This document shows, one piece after another, positions 46,038-58,437 of a stretch of 64,000 nt of DNA. A program made the position numbers and the translations under genes. This DNA is from Minutocellus sp. GHC0000111 (Eukaryota). The DNA lies in NCBI GenBank assembly GCA_977018835.1, contig OZ361256.1, positions 6,200,001-6,264,000 of the forward strand, written 5' to 3'. Under the pieces are notes generated by a model that was not told the origin of the DNA, ran no database searches, and saw only the letters and a list, made by a program, of their open reading frames with translations. Positions within the stretch are counted from its first letter, which is position 1. The number at the start of each line of letters is the position of its first letter.

Positions 46038-47084
46038 GTTTTATTATTATTTTGCTGGCGTGGTGATCAAGAAAGACTTTTGGAAAAGCAAATTAATTCG
46101 GCACAAGATATGCTCAGAAATCTGGCCCTTTGGAGTGCCGGTGACGAACGGCGAAGAACAATCAAACCAAAAATGAACTTGTGAGAAAGATACGTCCTGT
46201 ATTGTATCTCTCCAAACGCTTCTACGATGTTCACCTACTTGCGCAGAGCCGGGGCTTGGTATCAGGGGAACAGGCAAAACTGCATGGAGGCGGCAAAAAT
46301 GACCGTAGGGACAAATTTCGGACGTTCCCGGAAAGCCAGGCTGCGGGACATTGGTCTCAACATCAAAAGAAACAGCCAGATTTTTTGTTGATCACCCTCT
46401 TTTTTGGCTGCCGCTTCCATCAGATGGCCGTGTTCGGCGCGGCAGCAAGCCCAAGTGAAATGCCATGCGCCTCATGCAACTCTTCTCTTCTGGATCAAAC
46501 GAAATTTGTTTGCTTGAACCACCAAAATGTTCTCTCAAACTGCCACCCGCTCATCGTTGCTGCCGGTCGATGTCATCCATCCATCCATCCATCCGTCGTG
46601 TCGTCATTGTGTCACAAAAGCAACCCGAAAACAACAGCCATCCCCGCCAATGTGTAGACTTTGACGACAACGCTCTTCAATGCACCGCCGAGCTTGCGAG
46701 CAATCAGGAGCGATTCCGACGATTCCAGTCCAAGCTTCGAACGAATGGGACCACAACCAACTTTGCCGTGCGGGAAGCGTTGCGAGAGAGGAGAGAGATG
46801 CGGCGACGATGGCCAAATGTTGTGCTGCAAACGCGAAGAGTGCTTAGTGCAAATTGTTGCAACGGCTCGTTGATGTGGAGTGTACATAAATTGCATGGGG
46901 GGAACGTAGATGTTGCATGAAGATGCTCTAGCATTTTTGAAAGCCACTTCTCTCATGCCCTGCCTTGCCAGGTAGGTGTGCTCTTTCGAACACATGTAGC
47001 TTCGCTCTGGAAACCGATCTCCGGGACATTGGATGTTCTACAGCAAAATTGTAGGTTTTTGGCTTTCGCTAAGGTTCGCGGGAC

Positions 47085-47726
47085 ATGACACCTTGCAATC
47101 CCAGAGTGAGTCGAGTTGGCGGAAGGATCCGTTCCGGCCGCAAGCAAGCCTCGCTCGTGCGGAAGATCCCTATTCTAGCCGCCTTTGCTCTTTTGACGTT
47201 GGTTGGAGCACAAGATACCGACCATGAGGTCGAAGAGCGTCGCCTTGACGACAGGGGATGGTACCCTGATGATGCCACTGAGGAATGTGGGTGGAAGGTC
47301 TTCAAGTATGATGGAAAATGCGTCAAAAATTATTACTGCAGAAACCCTCCTATTTCTGGTGACTATAAGAAGGAGAAGGGAATGTACATTGACGACAAGT
47401 ACTGCGGTATTTCGAGCTCCTCAACTACCACTACTACTACCACCACTACCACCACCAGCTCAAGCAGTGATTCGTCGAGCAGGTCCAGCGCCTGCAAGAA
47501 GTGGAAGAAGAAGTATAAGAAATGCAAGAAGAACAACAAGACGAAGAAGGTGAGAACATGTATGCGGTACTTTCAGTTTCTCCTTATTCTGCGTTTACTT
47601 GAATTGCGTTCAATGTTACACAGCTAACGCCATCTTATGCATCACCATTCTGCCTAAATGAATTATGTTGTGTTGCAGTGCAAGAAGAAGAGCTACTACA
47701 AGAAGTACAAGAAGCACTGCGATTGA
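47085..47726 (+). CDS. Small secreted Lys/Tyr/Cys-rich protein with an RRL site and a Ser/Thr linker; intron 47550-47678
   Basis: Hydrophobic signal ILAAFALLTLVGA, ERRL, a poly-T/S tract, and spliced tail CKKWKKKYKKCKKNNKTKKCKKKSYYKKYKKHCD. Confidence 0.75.
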
Positions 47727-47975
47727 ATTCTACTTCAGAAGACAGAAGGCGGATATTGTTTGATTTGTGGCCGACTTTTTGGTCGGTTGATTACATGATT
47801 TAGAGAAAAGAATACTTTGCCTGCGTTTTATCTTGATCAACTTCAGAGAAGGATAGTAATTGATTTTTTAGTTAATAAAAGTTCAGCAGCTTCGTCGCTG
47901 CCCGCACAGGATTCATCGGGGCTGGCATACAATAGTAATTGATATAACACAGGTTGTATGCTGTATTATGATATA

Positions 47976-47980
<5 letters not shown>

Positions 47981-48018
<38 letters not shown>
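47981..48018. repeat. (AC)n microsatellite
   Basis: About 19 AC units. Confidence 0.95.
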
Positions 48019-48023
<5 letters not shown>

Positions 48024-48191
48024 TATATAATAATATATATACATATCCATACAAAGGGCATTTGTTCTATTCTATTGATCTCTAAAATATTGGCTTTCGT
48101 ATGTTGTAGAAATTCCTAGCTAGCTAGCTCGCTGTGTATGGTATTGATACGCCATTTTAGCTACTTTTTCCACTTGACCACCCCCTCTTGT

Positions 48192-48803
48192 TCATTGGTA
48201 GCTACACTGTACCGGCCTTCCTGACTCCTGCAATTTCTTCAGTGCGTCTTCCACATCCCCCAAGAGCAGCTCCGCTTTGGCCACGTCAAAGTCCTCACTT
48301 GAGCTCGCATGCTCCTGAATATTGCTCAGAGACCGCTCCAGCCAATACTTGGCTCGGTTGTAGCATCGTGGAAATCCGCCCTTCTCCTTGCCCAAAAAGT
48401 ACAGCGCTCCGAGATAGGCCGCCGCCTTCCTCGATCCCAGCGATGCGGCATTGGCCAAGAGACACGACGCCTCGGCTTGGTTTGCCTCGGTGCCCTGCCC
48501 GTTGTACAACATGTATCCCTGATCGGCCATGGCGGTGGGATAATCCCTCATCGCTGCCCTTTTCGTCCAGTGATACGCCACCTCCCAGCTGATCGGCAGG
48601 CCGTTCTCACCGTGGTAGTACCAGTTGCTAAGATCGAGCATCGCCTGCGGGTCCCCGCCGTTGGCCTTCTCGGTGGTGATTGCCACGAGTCTCAACGCGG
48701 AATGATCATCGTTATTCTCGCCAGTGCCCTCCAATGCTGACGAGGGTGCGCCTAGTGAGACGATATTGCCCTTCTTGCACATGCTGCTGCTATTGCCGAT
48801 CAT
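48192..48803 (-). CDS. Sel1-like repeat protein
   Basis: AMLDLSNWYYHGENG, AMADQGYMLYNGQG and AAAYLGALYFLG..AKYWLERS. Confidence 0.8.
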   Translation of the reverse strand: MIGNSSSMCKKGNIVSLGAPSSALEGTGENNDDHSALRLVAITTEKANGGDPQAMLDLSNWYYHGENGLPISWEVAYHWTKRAAMRDYPTAMADQGYMLYNGQGTEANQAEASCLLANAASLGSRKAAAYLGALYFLGKEKGGFPRCYNRAKYWLERSLSNIQEHASSSEDFDVAKAELLLGDVEDALKKLQESGRPVQCSYQ

Positions 48804-49069
48804 TGAAATACATTCTCAATATGAAGGTGGCTCTGCTGAAGCCGAACGAATGAATCAATACCGGCTAAAGAGCCTCTTGGATGGTGCGAACCTTGCTGCG
48901 AACCCAAAAAAACGAGGCAACCAGGCCCAATTCTGCAAAGTAGAGCCATAACATTCCACGACGACGGTCCTTCGATCTCAAAGGCAACGTCACTCCATTG
49001 TTCTTTGCAAGGCCAGCTTTGCCCTCACAATTCTACCGTAGACGATATCAAAAGGCCATAGAAGTGAAA

Positions 49070-50157
49070 ATGGGCACAGCCGAAGAAACTTTCCAGACGC
49101 AGCTGGCCCGTGCCAAGAATGCCGATGGCTTCCTTGCGGCTCTCGATCAGGTAGGCCCACGCAAAGAAGGATGAAGACCTTGTTCTTCTTCTTGTCGTCG
49201 AGTTTTCGATTCTTCTCTTGCGTGTTCTTCTTCTCCTCGGCCGACAACTACGTAGTATTCTTACTCTTTATTTGTCACCACGCACGTGATATGCTCTTTA
49301 TTTTTTGCTATACATGTGTTTAGAGCGGCGGCAGCACGCCCAAGGCTCTCAAGGCGTATGGCACACCCGACAGCGACTATGTTGAGGGCGAGGAGTCCAT
49401 GTTTGATGCCGTCCACGCCATGCGCACTCGCATCATCGTCGCCAACTCTTTCACCGGAAACCAGATTCTGGGCGCCATCCTCTTCGAGAACACCATGGAC
49501 CGTACGATCGACGGCATCCCCACCTCGCAGTATCTGTGGGAGAAGAAGCAGGTCATCCCCTTCCTCAAGGTCGACAAGGGCCTGGCCGCCGAGGAGGATG
49601 GGGTTCAGATCATGAAGCCCATGCCGGCACTCGACGAGCTTCTCAAGAGGGCCAAGGCCGCTGGCATCTTTGGGACCAAGATGCGGTCCAACATCAACTC
49701 TGCCAACGAGGCAGGGATCCAGAAGGTCGTCGATCAGCAGTTCGCCGTTGGCAAGCAGATCATCGCGGCTGGGTTGATCCCCATCATTGAGCCCGAGGTC
49801 AACATCCACAGCGCCGACAAGGCCGAGTGCGAGGCAATCCTCAAGAAGGCCCTCCTCGCCTCCCTCGACGAGCTCGAGGAGGGGCAGGAGGTCATGCTCA
49901 AGCTGAGCCTGCCCACCGAGGCCAACTTCTACAAGGAACTCGTCCAGCATCCCAAGTGTGTGCGGGTCGTGGCCCTGTCGGGCGGGTACAGCCGCGACGA
50001 GGCCAACGAGATCCTGTCCAAGCAGGAAGGCATGATCGCCAGCTTCTCCCGCGCTCTCAGCGAGGGTCTTGCCTACGGCCAGTCCGAGTCAGAGTTTGAC
50101 GGTGTGTTGGCCAAATCCATCGATGCCATTTACGCCGCATCGGCTGCATCTTCGTAG
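49070..50157 (+). CDS. FBA: Fructose-bisphosphate aldolase class I, bacterial type (cytosolic); intron 49151-49323
   Basis: GFLAALDQ|SGGSTPKAL, GAILFE, FLKVDKGL, GTKMRS, PIIEPEV, LSGGY and ASFSRAL. Confidence 0.95.
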
Positions 50158-50253
50158 GTAGATATTATGTTACAACAGTCTGCAGTATGTAGACAAATTT
50201 TGCGCACGTCAGCTCCCTACGTAGGTAGCAAGTGAATAAGATAGAGTGTTATC

Positions 50254-52648
50254 TTACGACCTCGATATAACAGCATTGAAGGCCTCTTGGCTCAGCTGCA
50301 CCCGGCCGGATGCCTGCATTCTCTTCTTGCCCTTCTTCTGCTTTTCGAGAAGCTTCTTCTTACGAGTGATATCACCGCCCCCAACGACCTTACCACTCTC
50401 GATCAGGACGTCCTTTCTATATGCTTTGATGCGCTCGGATGCGACAATCTTTCCCTCGGCCTTGGCTTGAATGACTGTTACGAATTGCTGCCTTGGTAGA
50501 TTGGCTTGTAGTTTCTTGCATACTATTCTGGCCGCTCGTTGGACCGAATCTTTGTGTGAAACGAATGCCATTGGCTCCACAATCTCGCTATTCAACATGA
50601 TATCCACCTTGCACAGGTTGGACTCTTGAACGGGCGGGTCGGCCTCGCTCGTATCGAAACTGGCGAAACCTGCTGAGCTTGACTTGAGCTCATCGTAAAA
50701 GTCACTTACGACTTCAGCCCAGGGCATGTTCGAGGAGAACAACCAGGTCGTTTCGTCAATCGTCGTGGTACTGATGTCTTGTCCTCGGCGCCGCTTGATC
50801 AAGTCCATAATATTTCCGGCATAGTCGACAGGCGCAATAATGGACACCTTGACAATCGGTTCAAGAATCTTGAACCTCGCTCCATGCGGTGGCCATAGGT
50901 TCAAATCCTCAATGGTCTCCTCTGTCGGTGCTTCATCTGGACGCTTGTATTTTGTAGATGGTAGGTACCGGATTGTGTAAGGAACTTTTGGTGGCGTAAC
51001 GATCGCTTCGAGATCAAACTCATCCAGCAACCGCTGACGAAATACCTCTACATGTAGCAGTCCCTGGAAGCCCACGCGCAGACCTGGTCCGAGGAAAGGT
51101 CCTCCATCGCTTTGGTTTGATGCCCCGCTTGTTTTCTGAACCTCGAGTCCAGTGTCATTCAAGGCAAGTCGATCTACCGCCGCTGCCAATTCATCGAACC
51201 CTCCTGCTTCCATCGGATGAACTGACGCACGCATACAGGACCGACTTGGTAGCCGCCACACTTGAGGCTTTGGGCATGTCCATCTCCGCTACCGCTGGCA
51301 AGTCGGTGCTTCGAACCAAAACTGAGCCTGGTTTGGCTTGGCGCGGATCTCTCAGTCCAGCAATTACGGAACCCATCTGACCTCGACTGAGTGTGCCTGT
51401 ACGAATGCGATTGGGCGTAACGATGCCATTTTCTTGGACCGAGTAGGTCTCCTTACCATACTTGGCCTTTGGTCGATCAATCTCTGAGTTATTATCACCA
51501 GGAGGAGCTTCCAAGTCCAACACGGATATTCTATCATTCTCCTTCAAGGATCCAGACAAAACTTGGACAAGACAAACCACCCCTCTCAGGTTCTCAAACC
51601 AGCTATCGACGACCTTTGCTCTGAGCGTGGTGCCATCATCGTCATCCAATGCTACCGGCGCCGGAACGCGTGCACAGACCGCCTCCACGACATCGGCAAT
51701 TCCAATACGAGATCGAGCCGAGGATAACAGCACAGCATCTGGATCATAACCAAAGAGCTCAGAAACTGCCAAAGCAATGTCCACTGGTCGAGCAGCTGGT
51801 AGATCTACCTTGGCCAGCGCTGGGATGATGTTCAAACCCATCGATGTGGCCTTTTCGTGCACCGACAGTGTCTGCGCCTGCACTCCTTGGGCGGCATCAA
51901 ATAACAGCACAGCACCGTCGACATTGGCTAGACTTCGCGAGACCTCTGAACCAAAATCGGCATGGCCGGGAGTATCAACCATGTTCAATAACAAGCATCC
52001 AGATGGGCCGGTGGCCGATGGGTGCCGATACAGCATCGAGGCAGCCGTTGCCTTGACGGTGATTCCTCGCTCCTGCTCGACTGACAGTGTATCCAGTGCC
52101 TCAATCTTTTCCTTCCCCTTCTTGTCTGTCGGAGCACTGTTACCATTATTATTGGTCTTGTCGTCAGCATTCTCATTACCACTGCTCGATGTACTGGTTT
52201 CATCACTATTGCCGGTATGGCCATGGGCAACTTTCTGAGCATCCGCACCAAGGTTGCCAGTCAGCTCCAAAACTCTCGAGGCCAGCGACGACTTGCCATG
52301 ATCGACGTGAGCAATGAAGCAAAAGTTCCGCACATCTTCGAGTGGTATTTGGTCCAGTATGGAAATGTCATCGAGAATGGACGCCAGTCTGTCGTCTTCG
52401 GTTGAGGAAGCAGATAATATAGGTGTTTGGCTGTAGAATCGATTGAGAGATGACGACGAGAGAAGACCTGGTCTCTGCCTTCTTATGCCGGTATTAGCTG
52501 TGTTTGTGGCAAAGCCGCTGAGATGACGAGGGCCACGCGAGCAACACGAACGGCATTGCTTTGTTGACGCAGTTGGACGTGGCCTCACCAGACGGGCCCT
52601 GGTGCTGGAGCCAATCAATGCACGCGCAATGCCCAGTGTTGCAGGCAT
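50254..52648 (-). CDS. GUF1: Mitochondrial translation factor GUF1/LepA (EF-4), frameshifted by a 4-nt duplication at ~51230
   Basis: AHVDHGKS, ERGITVK, DTPGH, GFQGLLH and GGDITRKKKLLEKQK. Removing one GCGT from tatGCGTGCGTca restores LYASVHP. Confidence 0.92.
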
Positions 52649-53044
52649 ATTAGTAAATGCTGGTCGTGGCAAGGCTAATAAACACGCTTGCCAGACCCAA
52701 TGCTACCAGGTCGATCTGACTCACTCGTATGCTGCTCTCGGCGGGGGCGTGCGGTGGGCGGTGCGGTGGCCGTTTTGAACTCATAACCCAACCTGGAAAC
52801 CGGCACAATTTTACAAGCCAGCCAGCAAACAACATCGAAATCAAATCATGACACAGGAATGAATTTCTACCGATATGATATGAAATCATCTAGGTATTAA
52901 GCTTGTATCAATGTCTATATTTGAAACCTCGTGGAATCCTACTATCTAGATTCTAGCTAGCTACGTAGCTAGCTAGCTAGAGATTACTATCGGTACCGGT
53001 AGTCTCTGCACCTGCTAAACAACTGTTTCATCGTTTCATCATCG

Positions 53045-53814
53045 TCATTCGCTTGCGTTTTTGTCATCATAGTCTTTGTAATTGGGATTGTTGTTCTTCT
53101 CAAGCTCAATGGCCTTTCCGATCTCTTCGCTGGCTTCCCTATGATACGATTGAATCAGCTCCAACAAATCGTCGCCGCTCTTTTCATTGTCGTCCAAAAT
53201 CTTGAGAAGTTTCTTTCCGAATCGTTGCTCAACGCCTTTTCGATACCCAGCCGCATACTACATGCAATAAAAGTAGAGCCAGTGAAATGTTGTTGCCAAT
53301 ATTGTGTGAGATTACATGTACCATGGTACAAAAGAGCAATATGGACGCAATATTCACGCATTTTACATATGTCAAAAATCTAATTATACGCATGTTCCGT
53401 CGATAAACTCACCCCAGGTCGGACAGTCGGTACGATGCTGCCATCTGCAAAGGTCAGATTCTTCGCAACGGGTCGCTGCTGGCCTTCAACGTCTTCGACA
53501 TCAAAAGCCACCCGCTCGCCTTCGCGTAGGAATGGATAATAAACATTCCCCTCTGCATCGTCCTTGGCATTGATGGAGTTGCGATGGACGAAAACTTCGG
53601 CAGGAACAGAGCTGTCGTCATCGTCGGTACCGTCCATTCTGATGAATCCGTATGCTTGTTGGCGGCGGTAGAACTTTACCGTCCCCGTGTGCGTTGACAT
53701 GCATCTTCCGCCGACGTTTGAGAAGCGGGTTACCGTCCCCGTGTGCGTTGACATGCATCTTCCGCCGACATTGGAGAAGCGGTTCACGCGGCAAATGGTT
53801 CGTCCGACGAACAT
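53045..53814 (-). CDS. Mitochondrial cold-shock-domain protein; intron 53412-53258
   Basis: GTVKFY..YGFI, VFVH and GERVAF motifs; presequence; spliced exon 2 reads YAAGYRKG...ASE*. Confidence 0.85.
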
Positions 53815-54150
53815 CTCAGATGGTGGATAGAATTGCTTGGATGAGCAGTAGCCGAAGTTGGAGTTGGATCGGATGTCAGTTAGTCCATGCCATGGCGTGA
53901 GGCTGTCGGCTGTGGGCTGTGGGCTGTGAGGCTGTCGAGAAATCGCAAGACACCGTTTTGACCTATAGGATACCTTTCAAAAAACACTTTGAATGCTGCC
54001 AGCGAATGGCGACAACAAGAATTTCTCTCGGCTCATGTAGATTTACATGTATAAACAGAATCTACGTAAACGTTTATCAAACTGTCATGTAGATTATGCC
54101 GCCCTTTGTAGATATACATGTACATCATACTTATATTCTCAATTCCCAAC

Positions 54151-55464
54151 TCATATGTTCATACTACTCAAGATCTGCGCTACATTTCGGCTGGCAACGA
54201 CGCACACTTTACCAAGTGGCAAGTGATTTCCGTGCCACTGGAACGGTCGTTCGCACTCAACCGCAGCAGCTTCAATGCCAAGTAGCCCCCAAGAAGCAGC
54301 AAAGACGGTAGGGAGCGCAGCCCAACCATGATTTGCTGCTGCTTCCATTTGCCAGAGTACCAGATAAAGCAAAAGAAATGTGCGCAAATGAACGACGTAA
54401 ACCAGTGGAAGAGGAGTGCCATTGATGCGTTCACAAGCGCCCCATGCGCCTGTCAAGGTGTCTAAATGAACATTCAGCTGTTGATACAACATATCACGAG
54501 GCCCGGGTATGTCAGTTTTGGCTGATCGATGCAATGTCAGTTTCCATACAAGTTTCCTCAGTTTGTTCAGTACAAGGATCGGGCCAAGGTTGTTATCACT
54601 AGTGTTCAATACTTCATTTGCCTCTGCATTTGAGAGCAGTGAGCCGATCTCAAAGCGTCGCTTCTTTATCAATGCATCTCTGTCCCATCCTTTTCGAGTC
54701 GACGGCTGGAGAAAATTCTTGACAGCAATGGGAAAGATACATGTCCATCTAGCGATGTCGTCCAACGATGATTTATCCTCCATATCGACACAAGCAACAG
54801 AAGCTGTTGACACGAAAACTCGGCACATTTCCACAATCTTCCCCACTGCCTTGCGTGCATCCCAAAACCGAACGGCGGCCCTGCCCAGTCGAAATACAAG
54901 CAGGAAAGAGACGGGGACTAAAAGAGGACTTATCAAACCCTCTAGCTCGCCAATCGTATCTCTCACATGACCAAAGCGGTCGTAACTCAAAAGGATAATC
55001 CAAAATATGCCCCAGAGAGTTAGCAATGCAAGAGGTATTGCAATCATCTTGATATTTCGGCCGCGTAGCGTCAGAACAATGCTCCACTTATGCGGATTGT
55101 ACGCAAGCACTGTAATATCACATGCTAATAATGCATTGAGTCGGTCTGGTGATAGAATGGACTCCATCACTGGCGACTTGTCGTCAACAATATAAGTAGA
55201 AGGGCGACTGTCTGGTCCCTTATGTTTCCAGCTCCTTCGTCTTTTTGCAACGCTGGCCGCTTCTTCTTTTGCCACCGGCGGAGGAGATGGGCCATCATCA
55301 CCCGCGAAGCTGCTTTTCCGCCTCATATTCATGTTCTGCCACGTATCATTCTTGGAGAGCCGCAGCACAGAAAGTTCCTCTTCTCGTGACTGCTCTTTGT
55401 TCTTCGCCTGGGATATTGATGACTCGAGATCAGTATTCATCTGCGGCTCATCATCATTGGTCAT
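54151..55464 (-). CDS. Bestrophin-like (bacterial/VCCN-type) anion channel
   Basis: FLLVFR..RFWDARK, GACERI..TPLPLVY and GIEAAAVECERPF. Confidence 0.9.
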   Translation of the reverse strand: MTNDDEPQMNTDLESSISQAKNKEQSREEELSVLRLSKNDTWQNMNMRRKSSFAGDDGPSPPPVAKEEAASVAKRRRSWKHKGPDSRPSTYIVDDKSPVMESILSPDRLNALLACDITVLAYNPHKWSIVLTLRGRNIKMIAIPLALLTLWGIFWIILLSYDRFGHVRDTIGELEGLISPLLVPVSFLLVFRLGRAAVRFWDARKAVGKIVEMCRVFVSTASVACVDMEDKSSLDDIARWTCIFPIAVKNFLQPSTRKGWDRDALIKKRRFEIGSLLSNAEANEVLNTSDNNLGPILVLNKLRKLVWKLTLHRSAKTDIPGPRDMLYQQLNVHLDTLTGAWGACERINGTPLPLVYVVHLRTFLLLYLVLWQMEAAANHGWAALPTVFAASWGLLGIEAAAVECERPFQWHGNHLPLGKVCVVASRNVAQILSSMNI

Positions 55465-55971
55465 CTTGCTCCCTTTTCTTATCGCTGCTGCTTCCTGTTG
55501 CTACTGGGGCTCCTGAGCGATGTGATGACTGGGCTCCCCATCGCTTCTCGGTATCGTCGTTGCGTGCGTCGTTGATGAGGTGGTAACGGGCGAAAACAGA
55601 CGGGGAATCAAGAAACAACAAGCCATAAGGAATTGTGATGCACTCAATGGATGACAATTTCCATTGATAACTACCGGTATGAAGAATTATTTTCTAGATA
55701 TTTTCTAATTAGGCTTGGTGAGGAATGTCGAGTCGAGCCCGATGAAAATTCTTATCTTTTCCGCCAACAAGCGCAAAAACAAATTAAAATTCAAATAAAT
55801 TATGAAGGTTGTTGGCAAGGAAGCCGTTTGCTTCCCTTGTAGTCTTTAAACATAGATTCGGTTCAGGTTTCTTTTCTGTGGTTCTGTTTGGGTTACGGGT
55901 TTGAGTTTCTTCCGTATATCATAGCACGTTACAAATATATCGACAAATAAGTGAACAAAGGCAAGAGTTGT

Positions 55972-57030
55972 TCAGTTCTTCTTCTTTCCCATCATGCTTC
56001 TCTTTCTCAAGAACGACGGGACAATCTTGGAAAGCTTCTTCGTTCGTTGTGACTTGTTCTCTTCTTTGTTTTCAAGAATCTTCAAACAGGCGGAAGCATA
56101 TTCTTCGGGAGTTGTTGACGGAGTAGAAGTACAGGGCTCCTCCGTCCAGAAGGGGACAAAATCAGAGGGAAGGACGTCGGTCACAGACATATCTTGAGCG
56201 TCGGTAGAGCCCTGTGGATGAATTTTATGAACCACCATGGGCTCCGGGAAACCATCGTCTTGGTTGGGGCTTATCTTTGATGCAAACGTGCCGCTTTTCG
56301 AGGGTTCATCCGAGGGCATCTCGGCAGAAATGTCCTCTTCGTAGGCTTCGAAAAGTACCTGTTCTGCCACGGAGGGCTTGCGAGGGAAAATGGGAGCGGG
56401 AGCGGCACAGATGAACCGCTCCTCCTCCTTCAGGCGATGATGCTCCTCAAGAGCCTCGGCCTGTTTTTGGTGCAGCGTAGCCAGGGCACTTGCGTATTTT
56501 TCAGCTTCGTCGGGAACTGACCTTCTGGGAATCTCTGCTTCGTCCTCCTCAACACGCTCTTCTACTACCTGCGTTTTCGCACCTGGGGTGCTTCTACCAA
56601 ACGAGCGCCGGATGCGACCAAAGCTCGTCAAGGTCATGTCGTCCGAAGCATTGGATTCGTCATCGGTATACAGAGAGCTTGCCTCGCTGGCTCCGTCGAA
56701 TTCGATGTCTCTCAGAATTTGCATCTCTTGCTGGCACTGGCCGAACAATACCTCCGAGGCACTTCGCACCATTTCGGCCCCGAGCTCCAAAGCGAGCTGG
56801 CCCGTGACCAAGTCCGATACGGCCGATACCACGGATGCAGCGACGGAGGCATCGTCATCATCATCTTCTGCCCCATCCCGCCCGCTGCCGTTTTTACTGT
56901 TGGTAGAGTCCAAGGACACCTCGAGATCGGTGTCATTCTGTTGTTCCTTCGAGACGACCGGCGTGTTGAGACCGCAGCAGCCCAAGCTCATCAGTCCATC
57001 GTCCTCCGTTATGCAGCAAAGTGTCGTCAT
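55972..57030 (-). CDS. Hypothetical acidic protein
   Basis: 352-aa ORF with N-terminal CC motifs and a basic C-terminus. Confidence 0.65.
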   Translation of the reverse strand: MTTLCCITEDDGLMSLGCCGLNTPVVSKEQQNDTDLEVSLDSTNSKNGSGRDGAEDDDDDASVAASVVSAVSDLVTGQLALELGAEMVRSASEVLFGQCQQEMQILRDIEFDGASEASSLYTDDESNASDDMTLTSFGRIRRSFGRSTPGAKTQVVEERVEEDEAEIPRRSVPDEAEKYASALATLHQKQAEALEEHHRLKEEERFICAAPAPIFPRKPSVAEQVLFEAYEEDISAEMPSDEPSKSGTFASKISPNQDDGFPEPMVVHKIHPQGSTDAQDMSVTDVLPSDFVPFWTEEPCTSTPSTTPEEYASACLKILENKEENKSQRTKKLSKIVPSFLRKRSMMGKKKN

Positions 57031-57636
57031 GTCTCGTGCTCTATTTCGGCGAAATGGTCAGTAGCAAGGAAAGGCTCTCCTCTTCTTTGCAACTACGTAG
57101 CTGCTAGAGCAGTAAGCTTCCGGCACCGCATGCCAATTGAGATTCAAGTCCTGTTTTCGAGCCAGATAGCCGGTGTTGAGCGGTTACGAAGCAAAAGTGA
57201 AAGTTCTCGAGAGTCGAAACCAACAACCAACAAGTGTTTAGAAGAAGATGCCTGCAAAAATGTGCCAACGGATAAAATTACACATAACCTTGGGGACATT
57301 GGTTTTTACTTTTATTATTTGCTGCGAAATTGCCGCGAGGCCGCGAGAGCGCCGACGACTGCTGCTAAACTGCATGGAGAAACCGTTGGAATCCTACTAC
57401 ATGTACGTCCGTATATACATAATGTATAGTAAGCAGTTAGTTGGACTCGTATTTAGTCCTTAGGATTTACAATTATGTCTTTTGATGCGGTGCGCCAGAG
57501 GAGATGGCTGCGACCAGTCATCATCTGGATTCATTGTTGTTGTTGATTCTTCTTTATTCAAAAATATATTTATGGTTCCAGGGGTTAAATAAAACTGTTG
57601 TATGTATGTGAAGGATTCCCGGTGATATGAATAGGT

Positions 57637-58437
57637 TTACTTTCCTCCCCAGGCGGTGCATCCACCAAGGGAGGACATGGCAGACGCTGCAGTGGAGGTT
57701 TCGGAAGGTGACACAATGAAGGCCGACTCTTTGTTGCGCTTGAAGAGAAAGTTGACCAGTTTGTTTCGATTCTTCTTGGGCTTGATCTCGATGTTTTCGT
57801 TCATTGCCAGTTTGGCTTCCTCAGCCTCGAGCGAAAATGCAACCCATATTGGAAAGGGTTTTGTGAATGATGAGCTGAAAGAGGTGTCGTCGTCGGCATC
57901 GTCCTTTGATGCTCTCCTGGTTCCAATTCCCTCAGGAGATGCTTCGGTAGAGGATGTCTGTTCAGTACCGGATGCCGACGTCTTGTCTTCTTTGGTGTAT
58001 CCCATACTAAGTGCAATTTTGTCACCAAGCTTGGCGGCGCTGTTTACCAATGGGCTGCTGCCGATAATGCCGGCAATAACCATGTACAGGTCCTCATCGT
58101 TGCCGTCAACGAAAGTGGAGTCGTCGGCGAAACTTCGGTCAGCGATGCTGCGTAGCTTGGCCGCAGTGAGTTTGGACTCATCTACGGGAGAAAAGACAAT
58201 CGGAGGATACCGGGCGATCATGTTGGATTTGTCAAGAGCAGCCGTTCGAGTGCCTTCGCTTTTCACCATGCTGTTTGTGTCGCTGCTTTTACTTCCACTT
58301 TCAGTGTCAATCTCTCCAGCTGCGTCGGTGACCGTGGCGCCACAGCACCAGCCACTTAGTAGCTGCGGCGGCTCGGCGTCATCGGCCTTGCCACACAGAG
58401 CCGACATGTCTCGTGGCAGTTGCCGGATGATGGTCAT
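57637..58437 (-). CDS. Hypothetical protein
   Basis: 266-aa ORF with WCCG near the N-terminus and a basic C-terminal segment. Confidence 0.6.
   Translation of the reverse strand: MTIIRQLPRDMSALCGKADDAEPPQLLSGWCCGATVTDAAGEIDTESGSKSSDTNSMVKSEGTRTAALDKSNMIARYPPIVFSPVDESKLTAAKLRSIADRSFADDSTFVDGNDEDLYMVIAGIIGSSPLVNSAAKLGDKIALSMGYTKEDKTSASGTEQTSSTEASPEGIGTRRASKDDADDDTSFSSSFTKPFPIWVAFSLEAEEAKLAMNENIEIKPKKNRNKLVNFLFKRNKESAFIVSPSETSTAASAMSSLGGCTAWGGK

Noticed and set aside
46181..46995. Several 120-160 aa ORFs between two divergent genes
   Set aside because: They overlap in multiple frames with no motifs or consistent coding signal.
49070..50157. Bacterial-type aldolase as recent HGT or contamination
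   Set aside because: It contains a spliceosomal intron, and bacterial-type class I FBA is already known in diatoms.
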